Assembly: GCA_002633005.1 (NCBI GenBank)
Contig: NMRA01000016.1
Coordinates: 861,874 to 925,873 of the forward strand
Length of the DNA stretch: 64,000 bases
Direction of reading: 5' to 3'
Source: Phoronis australis
Taxonomy: Eukaryota; Animalia; Phoronida
Shown here: one piece after another, positions 11,887 to 24,400 of the stretch
Position numbering within the stretch: position 1 is the stretch's first letter
Layout of the letters: the number at the start of each line of letters is the position of its first letter
Program-made: the position numbers and the translations under genes
The notes under the pieces: generated by a model
The model's input: the letters and a program-made list of their open reading frames with translations, nothing else
Told to the model about the DNA's origin: nothing
The model's database searches: none

Positions 11887-14800
11887 GCGGTAGCGCAGAA
11901 GCAAAATATGACACTGTAGCAATCATTATGCTGGCAGCACTACTGGTTTTTCTAGCTTATGAAAAATAACCACCACTTTTGATACTCAGTTTTTTAGAGT
12001 GTGCGAAGACCAATATCTAAATGGAACGATTTATGTAATTGCATTAGTCTAAGAAAATAATTACCTCAATTGCATTATCATCGAAAGAGACCGTTACCTT
12101 GCCACAGCCGTATGCCTTCCATAGCAATAGCTGAAATAAACACACTTTATCTCATTTAAGTCATTATTTATCCATTAAGTTACTAAACCTTACGCTCATT
12201 AATTCGTGTGAATGAATACGAGTCAACAACCCGGGGCGGTGGCTACAGCATATTAATTTAGCATCAGGGATTCCCTCAACTAAACTCTCATGGGGTTAAT
12301 AGGCCACCACTGACCAGACTCTTAGAATTTGCTTTACAATAACAGGTGATGTTATCGTTGGTCACAATTACCACTTTTCGTTTCCGTTTTTTAAAAAGAT
12401 TTGTTGCAGTAGTTAAGCCAATATGGTTGTACATTCAGTGAAAGAATGGGATTACTGTAAAATGAGTTTGCTGGTGCTAAAAATGCACATTGAATCGCGA
12501 ATTTGTACTTCAACTATCAGAATAGGTCTTTGAACACATTCTTTAATCAACTTGTTAGACAAACCGTGACATGATAAACTATGTTCATTTCAGTGTATAT
12601 GTGTCGTCGGTTTAAGATAAACATCTGTCTATCTCTCTTATCGATTTGACATCTCGACATCTGAAGAAGACATTAAACGAACTGTTTTGTAATCCTTACC
12701 ATCTCTAGTTTTGATACGTCGACTCGGCGGGAAATAAATATTCCTGTGCATTTTGAAACAAAACTTTGAATGTCCACAACGTGACAAAGGGAACCAACTA
12801 TCTCGAACTGATGAATAAATAAAAAGTATTACCCGAGGACTCACCTGAAATATGTATGCAGTAATGCAAATTTTGTGACAGGTGTATGAGAAATTAGGAA
12901 TTAACAAGTACAGTAAAATAAAATATATCAGAACCAAATAAAAGTAAAATTTACATACGACCTTCACATAACTATGCTTATAGCTAAAATATCATTTATT
13001 GCGTGGAGCTTCCTAAAATACAAAATAGCGTTTCTACATTTTGAAGCATTTTAAAAACCATTTACTGACGGACTTACGTGTGTAAAGCATTGGTCTAAAC
13101 TATTTCGTGTAAAATATTTATGTTTCTTCAGTGGAATTTCGACCTTGGGCAACCTGTTTTGAAAATCAAGATATAAGTTAACATACGTATTGATCGGTGT
13201 GCGAACATCGAGTGGAAACAAATGACTTGTGTGTTTTTAGAAAGGGAAGGTTTGCTCAGGGTGTTTATTTTTTTCGATCCAAAGTGGCAATCTAAAGGAA
13301 TCGCGTGTCAGTCAGAGATCGATTCGGACGAAGTAGTTAAAAGCCACACATCGCGGAGTAAGAGCCATCGATCCGACGGACAAGAGCGGAGCCAGTGTTG
13401 GTCATCTTAGGGCGGGGCACACGTATTCAGAGATTGCCATGTGCAGATGGCTGCTAGGCAGCGCTAGATGGCCACAACTGTTTTGGACGATGTAGAATGC
13501 ATTCGGTTTAATTTCAGTTCATGGTAAGTCCTATGCTTGGAACAAGCATTGAAGTTGATGAATTGTTGTTTTTTACCAGTTTTAGTTGTCTTGAGTTGTT
13601 TGGAATTGAAAAAATGAGAGTTTGCTAGTTTTCACAAACTTGGGATTTTGTCAACAAACACGTCTATTTTTAATGGGTAAAATAAACTCCGTGAAAAGTA
13701 GGTCTTACGACCACTGCTACTATGAAGCTAGACATCGATTAAAAATTTACTGGATTATTGTTAGAAAATACAAGGCACGCGGCTCTGCGGATTATTTTTA
13801 CCCAGGTCAAAGATCATGATTCGTTTCTATATGTCTGCCATTCAGCAATATTCCTTGTAACTTGAATTTTAACCGAGTTACAGGCTAGTCTCAGGTCCAG
13901 CGACTACAGCATTTAAGTAACCTAACAACATGTACTATCACATCCTGCTGGTTTTAACATTCCGCAACCTTAACTCCACTAGCCGTTATCACTAATGTAC
14001 AGTTGAGACCGCGGCTGCCATCACCAAGAGCGTCACTAAACATGTCAAGTGCCACGTAGTAAAATACTTCGTCAAACATCATCGGACACTTTGAAAACTA
14101 CAGACGCACGAGGGCGAAGGCCGGCGACCGCACGGAGCAGGCCCCCAATAACTCGCAGCGTGATGGGAGACGATAAGGAAGGTGCAAATTGATGCGCTGG
14201 AAGGCAAACATGGCATCCAGGGGGGTGGGGCAATATGCATGGTTGGTGACTACCTCAATACCGCACCATCCGCCATATCTGCCACTATCGTCAACATCGT
14301 CCTCTCCACTGACATTACAATCGATATCGCTCTTGCCAACAGGACCATTTCTTCCCACTAGTTTGCTGAACCAAGCATCGCCTCCTCGTTTTGCTGCAAT
14401 TGTTGGTTGCAGCAAATGGTCACACACCTATGCAAATATTGTTGTCATTTCCATATATTGTTTCAACTGACGCTGTTTCAAATCTGCCCGTTTCACATGA
14501 ACAAGCATCATACAGTTGGAAATTAGAACATCAATTATTCATATTATTTCTTACTATAACTCGAAGGTATAATTTGAACACCCACGAGTCATTTGTAAAT
14601 ATAAAAAATAACCCCGGCGGCATTGGAATTTAGGATGCTAAAAGGAATGTTTTATATGTCATACTTAATTTCAAACTTATTCTTGCTCGACATGAATGCC
14701 CCATAGTACAAGGGTTAACGTGAATTGGGGCGAGGCAAAGCAGAAGTTACGGTGAAAACATAATCCATCACGAATCGTATGGTTTTGCATAAGGAGGCAG

Positions 14801-15315
14801 ACAAACAGTCCAATTGTTTTAATATCTTATTAATTTAGTACCGGCATAACACTGAATACTATTGACACGACTGCATTAATTAACCCATGAGTAATCTCAG
14901 TTGGTAAACATTTCTCTCCTGAAATATTCATAACATGTCTCGTAATGGCATTGCTGAATATGACACGAAAACAAACATGATTGTTATCAACCGATGAAAT
15001 GTCCAGCTATTGAGTTTCTGAGAATGACTTAAATAAGTTATAAAATATAAGCCATAAAGTCTAACAAATCCTCAAATGAACTGTTTAATGGTTTGCTTAA
15101 TTAACAAAGAAGTGTGTTGTGTTTTTGAACGTGACAGCTAGTCACGTCCAGGTCACGTTAGACTAATGAATTCGTATTTTGTGTTCGTGTGAAACGCAAG
15201 ACGGTGGATTCCACGCGAGCGCCATACAAGTATACAACACATGCGTAAAAGCTCCGGCTATATGCACAAGGAAACTGGCTGCGCAGAGCAAATTTTAACG
15301 TCTATACTTTTGCAG

Positions 15316-15481
15316 GACTTGCATGTAATGAGTCGCTCAGAAGCCTCAGACGTCATCGCCCGTGCTTTAACAACTGTGGTGTTGTCAAGGTTCTGCCCCG
15401 CACCGGACGCGGGTGCCTACAGCACAGTGACATCTACCGGGCAAGACTTTGGTGATGTTGCTATCTACAACTGCCTAAGTG
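15316..15481 (+). CDS. Exon: N-terminal segment and first half of Sushi 1
   Basis: TTTTGCAG| ...FCPAPDAGAYSTVTSTGQDFGDVAIYNCLS G|GTAAG. Confidence 0.75.
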
Positions 15482-18400
15482 GTAAGAACGGCTGCGCTCG
15501 AGGTCTAATTGTTGTACTCGAAGTCGAACTTGAAATTATATTTGACATTTTCCTTCAACTTTAGAACGAGCTCAAGATAAGTGTCTTTTTTGTGTTAGCG
15601 TATATATTGCGGCTTCTGTAGACAAGTATCTAGTTCGCTCTTGATGACTCTCAGAATCGAGCAACAAACTCGAGTAAAAACTCGAGATTTCGAGTTAAGA
15701 CTTGAATTTATAGTTCTATTGCTAGGGTAATTAAGTGCAAATCAGGAACACACAGTGGTCTTCGTAAACCACAATCTTAGCCAGTCAATAATAAATACAA
15801 ATCTTGAGATCTCACAAAAATACGGAACGGGGAATGTCAAAAATTGAGTTCCATTTCGAGTACAAAGCTTAAAACCGTACGCTGGCGAATTTTGATTTCA
15901 AAGTACACATACATGTATCAAAACACCCCTGTTTTGTTATTTAGGTCATGCCTAAGGCATTTGCTTGTAAAGGAACAAAATCGGCCTCCGCACGAAAAGC
16001 AGGGTGGATGGAGCAGGATTTTCAGCCTTACACTCGCAAATCTGAATCTTTTGTTTTGATTATCATGTGTTGTACCATTAACGCCAGATTGGCTCGGAAA
16101 GCCAGTCAGGAGCTCGTTTTTGTACCCGCCTTTCCATAGATCAGGCAATACCAAGAGAATGTAGGGCAAACATTTTAGAAGACGTTTGAATGGCATCCAA
16201 GAACGAAAATCCACGCCCCCACACCACCAAGTTACTGGTTCCGGCTGACAACACGTTCCCGTGGTCACCATTAACACCCCTGACCATGGTCCGCAACATT
16301 TCCGACCCCTGGTCGTCATTGATTTTAAATTCCAGACTTGGCATCTTTCTCAAAATGAAATTTAACACTACCAGAATTTCTTCTTCAAAAATATTCCCGT
16401 CTGTGTCGATAATCATCTAACTCCCACGTGTGTTGAAATCATGTCCGTCCTTCAATTGTTCAGATCATGAGCCATTGAGGCGAACTTGCGGATGTCGCTT
16501 AAGACATTGCGACACATAAGAATACTTTACATAATTCCAGGCCTATATTATTTGGGGGGACAATCTATTTCAAATCCTCCAAAGTTGCTCCCTCCTGTCA
16601 GCGCCCAACTTCCGCTTCCACGTACGCAGGCCTTTCCTTGTAGATGAAGATGACCAGCGGATGTGGCATCGAACAACAGGTTCAAACATCGTGTCTTAGG
16701 AATTGTGGCCAACTGTCACGAACACAATACATGTACAAAATTTCTTGCATGAAAGCTAAGCCCTGTTACATTTCCGTCAGGACCAAATTTCAGTTTCCCT
16801 CCCTCACCACCAGACTTCCGCTTAAAAGGTCGTCGCCAATTTCACACCTCCCCTCTTATCATGAGCCTGTGGACTTTGCTGTTTGGGGTCTGAGACGGAG
16901 GAGATGGCTGAATTTCACAAAATTAAGTCAACATTTACCGAAACGCCAACTTCTTCGAGAGTTATTTCACATTGCCAAACATTATCTAGTGTATTTTGCT
17001 GTTTAAGGGTCGGATGACAAGAATTTTTCAGAATTTCAGCCTCCATCTAAGTTCACTCGAGCATCATCAGTTTTGCACAAGATTAGCTTTTAACTATAAA
17101 GAAATCGTTGATGAATCCAGTCCATTGTAATTAGATAAAAAACGTGTAAATCAGAAACCAACGGGGTCTTCCAGGTTACCATACGGAAAAAAATAACCCT
17201 CGACTCTTTTTGGGCCACTAAATGGTAACATAATGTAAAACCTAAAGACACACACTGTGCGACTGGACCAACTGCGTTTTTTTTTTTAGTTTCGGTACTT
17301 TCTTCGAATATGTAAATTTTAAAGGTATGGAATTTTAGACGATTCCCGGACAACGTGCACAGGTGGTCAACCGTGACAGAATTGTTCAGGATTTATTTGT
17401 GTTGGCCTGAATTCCGGCTGAATCCTGTTGTAGCATGTTACAGTTCGTGAATTAAATTGCATTCTAAAGATCACAGGAATCCTTCCTTACGACTGCCAGT
17501 AAAATTTGTTAGACATGTGTACTGTACATCTTCCATCAAAAATACTCGACACGTGCGAATTTCCAACGAACAACTCGCTGTTCATCAACAACAAATAAAA
17601 TGTTCTTGGAATTATTTGGGAAAAACTATCGATAATTTATCGTTACACAACCATCGAGAATATAAAAACTATCGACAATTTATCGTTACAAAACCATCGA
17701 GAATGTTGCCTTTGTGTAATTCGCAAACAGTTGCAGACAAGTTCATCAAACTGGTATCCCCAAATGGCGGTCAATGGTCTTGGGGTTTCAATGCAACCTC
17801 ACTTGTTTGATTGTTTGGGTCGCGTGGCCTGATGCTGCCATTGCTTTTGCTCACCCAGTTTGAACTTTGTGTCTACTTTAGAGAATAGTTATTAGAACCG
17901 GGTTGATAAAGGGTGGAAGGTGGTGGAGAGCACAGGGGTAATAGCCCAGAGCCGCCCTTCGTCTGAAAAAGGGCTTCTTAATGTGAAAGGCTAGCATGCC
18001 ATTACTAAAGACAATTAAATCCACAATCGGGTGACTCTCCTTCCTTAGAACATAAGATTGTGAGATTTAACATAATGCAGGAAAATAGAGTTACATGATT
18101 TCATCGTTGCAGCCTTCCCCCTGCCCAACCCTCCGTGAGTGGAAATGGATACGAATGAGGAAAGGGCGGACACCTAAAAATGAAAGTACAGTACGCGTAA
18201 TTTCAAAAACGGTGCTCCTCTCCGTCAGGTTCCCAGTTTATGTCAAGTGAAATATAATTTAAACAAAAACGGGAAAGTAAAGCAAATAGGTCCATTGTAT
18301 CTCACCAGAGAGGGTCCCCATGATAAGTACAGTTTGTAGTCCATTACACTTTGCCAAAGAGGGTCCTCATGATAGGTACAGTTTGCATTCCATTGTACCT

Positions 18401-21400
18401 CGCCAGGGAGGGTGCCTATGAAAAGTACAATGTTTGTAGTCCATTGAGCCTCGCCTGAGAGGGTGCCCATGAAAAGTACAGTTTGTAGTCCATTGTATCT
18501 CGCCAGAGTGGGTGCCCATAATAAGTACAGTGTTTGTAGTCCATTGTACCTCGCCAGTGAGGGTGCCCATGGTAAGTACATTTTGTATTCTCAAACATTG
18601 TCATTGTGAATTTAAAAAATTGAATCAATTTGCTTTGGAAAATATGAGCCTAACAGGTTTTCTTGGCTTTTTCGAGTTACATGTATGCATATCTACATGT
18701 AAGAGTACATTTTCAAGAGCGCTTAGACAATCTGCACGGCAAAAATGATGGCCCCCTAACAGCAAATACCCTGGTCAGGGCCTGCACTGATAGCTGACAA
18801 ATATTCTGCTAATTTACCTTCTTTACATGTTTCTTTGTTTTTCTTTTCTCGACTGCACTCGGCGCTACGACTAGTATGCTGGTCACCTCATTTCCCCTCC
18901 TGCAAATTACTGGAGGGGGGAGCACTTCACTCATGAGCGTACTATCGGAGCATTGCACTTATTGTAGGATATCAACCAGTGGCTGGTGACAAGCTACGCA
19001 CGTGCACTGACCTCACTGGAGTCGATGGCGAGTGGAGTGGACAGCCACTAAGTTGTAAAGGTAGGTTTACAATAGAAATTGGGCTTAGATTATTAAGCTC
19101 TAAACCTATTTCTCGCATACGTTTTCTTTCAACTTGTGTAAACTATGAACATCAATATGATGGAAATTATGTAATGCTATAAGAACGTTAGGAGGAATTA
19201 GCTTTAAAACGTCATGCCGTTAGGTCGCAATCGCAAAGTAAATGGGTTTGTATCTAGTTTATGTGCTTCAGATGCTTATGTCGATTTCAGTGCACTTATG
19301 TCTATTTCTGTAATCATGGAAAGTGCGCTCGCGGAAGACTGACATCTAAAACTCACCACATAAGATTGATGTTGGTTTTGCTTACTTCCGCCGCATTTAT
19401 CATCAACTATTGCCAGCGGTGTTTTAAATTATGGATATTTCTTTACACTTAAGAAAGCACATCAATATTCTAAAATTGAGATACTGTACAATTAGCAGTT
19501 GGTAAAAGACAACGTCGCTGGCAGTGACCCGCGTCGTTGCTACATGTAATCAATAGCCCGTGTGTGCTGAGGTGTCTTACGGATCAACGCTTCCATTCGT
19601 AGGTCTGTCAATTTGCATGAGCAACGAATGCTCAAAGCACATTTAACCATTCCAATATCACACCATAACAAATTGCATTTTATCATAGTCATAACACACG
19701 TTTTGTTTTCATTGTAGAAATCGAAGCAAAGCGTCCACAGAGACAATCAATTTACAGTTTGCTTCAGAGAAATCACTCAGGTCTGTGTGATTGCGGAGTT
19801 TTATTAGACTAACAGAATAGCTGCGTCAGCCATTGTTTTGTAAACAAAATTTCTAAGAATATATGCAATGGATCAACAAGGTCTACAGGGTTCATTAAAT
19901 TCCAGTTGCACCCTACAATCTGTTCTTTTAATCTTTCAGCGTGTCCGTCCGACTGGTTCCAGTACTTCGACACTCCGTTCTGCTTTAAGTTTTTTACCGA
20001 GAGACTTGATTGGGACAGTGCCAAGAACTATTGTGCGTCATTTGGCGGGAGCCTTGCCACTGTCACGTCCAATCAAATGGCATTATGGCTGGTCAATTTG
20101 CAAAGGTGTGCATTCAAATAACAATTCTTAGACGTCAGTAGAGAAAACTGCTCACTGTATAGATGTATAAGCTCTTTCAGTAAATGAAAATCTTACTTAG
20201 GATATTCATGTACCCCTGTGCAAAGGTTAGTGAAAGAGAACGTCACACGTGATTATAAATTGCCACGTGGAACCTAAGCTATTAGACGGAAGACGTACCA
20301 TAAAAGAACAAACAAATGCTTGCTAAATTTCACGATTGATGTTCACGATGCACCAACTTCATCTTCAGGGCTACTGCCAGTCGTGCAACAGGATGGTTCT
20401 GGATAGGCGTCAATGACGACGACGAGGAAGGAATTTGGCGAACCCCATCTGGTAAAAAAGTATCCTACTTTCGATGGCAAGACGGACAGCCAAACGAGCA
20501 CACGTACGTAAGAGGTTGGAGCGTGAGCAAACTAGTGACGTTCACTTGTGTATAGTCCCATTAGACTACACACAAAATTAGCTCTGAACTAGAACACTCT
20601 TGGTCAGCTCAGGTCATTTTGTGAATACCCCACAGAAAATAGGAGACAACCGTGTTCGGTGTCATATTCTTCTATTAAACATAAAGATGCGTTGAACACA
20701 ATGCATGTACTGTAGGTGGTGCGGCTTAGTGACCGACGGTTTCCTCCAAAATCTACGACTGATTTTTACCACAAAAACGTTTGTTTAACTCTTATCCGAT
20801 GCAGCAATTGCCCAGATGTTTACCAGTCGTTAACTATTCTACCTTCAGATCTGCTAATTGTGTCGGTGTGTCAACACGTCACGATAATCTGAAGACCAAG
20901 CACAGATGGTACGACAGGCAGTGTGGCGAGTGGTGGAACTTCCTGTGTGAAGTGCGAGTCGGTCAGTTTTCACACGACTTACCTCTGTCCAAATAGTCTG
21001 TAGGCCTACTCGGCACTGTGTCATGCATGCCGTTAAAATATTATGGCGCGTGATGTCACTATTATCTTGTTCTTAAATGGATTAATCGCACGTTTGCTAA
21101 AATTGTACCGAATGTCTATAATTTAATTTTGTTTGTTGTATTCCATTGGTTGTAACATAACTGCGGGTCTGTGGTGACTTGAACAAAGCTGCATTGCGCG
21201 GCTGAGTGGTCAGTTATTGACGTGTCGCCATGATTTTGAGTGACTGCTTAACTGACCAAACAGACCGCAGTATTTTGACACACCTTCGTTCCCAAGCCGC
21301 CATTTTACCCGCAAAGCCACACCTTGCCGGGTAAATCTTCTTGTTTTTGTTGACATTTCGCAAGGGGGCGGAGATTGCGATAGGTCGATTATCAATGTGG

Positions 21401-24400
21401 AATTCTTTTCCGAAGCACTTTGGCGTTTACTAAAATTAGCGTGCTCATTCGATCTTGTATTGCTGCTGAACGAGCCAGCAACTCAAGGCCTCGGGAATGT
21501 GCGCATGCGCCACTTTCGAACTCGCAATTTTCGTGGTTACCAACCCCAATAAACTCTTTGCAGCTTTTTTGTGTCGTTGATAGTTTCGATGTTTATGTTA
21601 ATGACGAAAATAGCATTCCATCACGTCGTTAATTAAAGAGTAATAGGAGGCCGATTTTATAAGAGTAAAAAGGCCTGCTAGTCAAAGCAAATGTAGCTTT
21701 AAGCAGTCACACATCAACGATCCTGGGCGCGATAGCGCTGTCGTCTCAAACTCCACGGACTCGTGTGGGACAAAATGGTGGTCAAGCTACGATAAATTTG
21801 TCGACGAACGATAACCTGTAGTAAAGTACAGTACCGGTATCTTAACAAACCACATTCTGTTTTTGCTGCGAGCTTTTCTTGAAAAGATGGAGAAGCCGTC
21901 TAATCAGAAGATTATGAAATTCCACGTTGATATTTGTTAACGCGTCCATTTACGCGTTAATCCAGGCCTGCAGAGGTGTGCATCAAGTCACGCGTCTAGC
22001 TTTCGTTAGAGTTATGATAGTTTGCTCTCAGCGTTTGACGATGTCGGCGAGGAAAGTGATTTTCTGAACTCGACCTTAGTGCAGATTTGAACCTGGAACT
22101 GCTTGCAGCAAGAGACACTGCTGACGAGCTAAATAGACTCTAAAAATACAAAATATATATTCAATAGTACTGAACAGGTAAAGTTACATGCTTTGCCTGG
22201 CTGGCAGACATCGATGAGAGTTGGCGATTTGTAATATAATCCCAAAAGTCCAACGTATTTTATTGTTTCGTAATCCTGGTCACAAAGCTAATAACGTCAA
22301 AAATTTATCCCGTCCGAACAAAATCCTCGAAATGCGTTATTTTGCCGTAAAAACGTTAAGTTCTCTTTAAACCTTTATTCGGATATGCTATTCTTCGCTG
22401 TTGTTTATGGTACGTGGCACAAACCGGTCGCTAAATTCTAAATAAAATCACCCAGTCAAATCAGCGACAGTAAACCTACACGCAAACTAACGCGATGACA
22501 AGGACTAACTTATTATTCATCCCTGGGGATTGACGTTTCAGGGCTGGTCATATTTTCGTGATTGGTCCAAAAGAGGAACTACCAGACAGGTTGAAAGCAG
22601 TCTTAAACTCGTGCGGTGTTTTGCCAGGTCGGTTTCGCCCAGATACAGGCCGCCTAAAGTTATTTGTATTATTCAAGTCAACTACCCAATATTACATTGT
22701 ATATAGGCCCTATGCTCGTATAAACTGAATAGTCCATCAGGTCTGGAATCCTTAACTTCCCAACTTTTGCATGTGAATATTGTTTGGGTTAAGAATCGGA
22801 ATTGTCTTCAGCGTTCAACAAGTTCATGGGACGTGCTAACGCTGTTCCGGTGGATGTAAGCTTTGCCATGACGGAATAGCTTGTTCGTCTTAGAGACCAC
22901 CGAAGCTATAACGACCATATATGTATACAGCGTGATTTGACAACAGGATTCCAAGAGCAGTTGTTAGGTAACAAAGGGGACATCTTTAAATTACTGTGAC
23001 AGAGATGCCGTAGCTTGTGACCTCACGGGCGTAAATGGGCCTGCTCGAAATGTCTGTTGGTTTTCGGCATGCATGCAGATGAGAACCCCCGCCTGATGCA
23101 GTCCGAATTTGCACTAACAATCAAATTACTTCAATAATTGGGCATCGTGAGGTGTCATAGAATAGATCGGGAAAACGGCACAACAGTTTTTAGACTGGAA
23201 CTGTCGCTATCCATTAACTGGCTGGATAGCATAAGGCGACCCTTGTTAAATGAGAATGCCACCAAAAAGCAACATATGTATCCATTTAGATTGAGTAGTT
23301 CCACTCGATAACAGCAAGTTCTGTTCTTTTACCTGACACCATACGGCAGACGGAGGTGCTGAAATTAACCAATGACGTCACAGTTTCTAACATAGTCAGT
23401 TGAGCAGTTCACAAGACGCTTACTGATGTCAGTCGTTTGAATGCATAGTTTTGCAACAATAAATCATCAAAATTCGATGTAAAATCCTTACTTATATTGC
23501 GTTTTTAAACAAATGAGTTGTTTTATTTCGCCGTAACAAATTCATAGAAAATTTGAACGTACCCTAGCTCGCAAAGTTCGGTAGGCCAAATTATCGAGGT
23601 CGATTGCGGGAAGTTTGGAGTCTGTTCGGTGATAAATTAGAATTATTCTTCATTGAAATACAGACATGATTACATAGCCGTGAGCTGTAATTTTAGACTT
23701 GCGATTTTTTCATTTCTAAACATAAAACACTTGTTATAACCCATTGGCTCGGAACCCGATCAGGGCGGTCGGGGCCGGACTGGTGACATTGCGAGCATAA
23801 ACCAGCCGGGTTAATCGGCTGTGAAAGTTGAAAACTATAAACTTCCAGTCAGGAAAAGACAAGATTAGTGAATCAAAGAAATAATGAGCATGTGGATATT
23901 TTGGTGAATTTGTCGAGAAATTGCAAATCTACTTACTCATCGGGGGCCGCAAAGCAAGGAGAAAGAATACATGTACCTGGTTTTGCACGAGAGGTGTTAC
24001 AGGGCAACAGGTAAAACAGTGGGTATCTGCAAATGCTTGGAGGGAGAACTTCATCAAAAAATAAACAAAGCAAATATGTCAGAGCCCTGTTGAGCCCAAG
24101 GGTACGAACACAAACCACATGACATGATCCAACCGTCCTAGGTGGGGCATGGAAGTCGAGATTCCCTCAGTGTTTAGTATATATTGTCCCTCCCTATCCA
24201 AAGCTTTGCAGTCATAGATTCGATGGACACATGAACTGCCATGATCCGGAAATATCGCCGTATCATTATTAATCATGTTATTGTTGCGTAATATACGTAA
24301 AGTTGCCTGGCGTGAACTTTTTTGAAACCTTAAGCTTTTGGTCTCATGTCCGGGGATCTTCTTCCGGTGGAGTGAGAGGTAACTGGGACCTCGTCCTTGT

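Noticed and set aside
14003-14470. GC-richer ORFs on both strands as coding exons
   Set aside because: Stops in all plausible spliced frames, weak donors and no recognisable domain.
17040-17075. Another hammerhead (minus strand CTGATGA...GAAC)
   Set aside because: It lacks GAAA and a valid stem III or cleavage triplet.
18243-18628. Repetitive ORFs or a CRISPR-like array
   Set aside because: Head-to-tail minisatellite with no unique spacers, in a eukaryotic intron with no cas genes.
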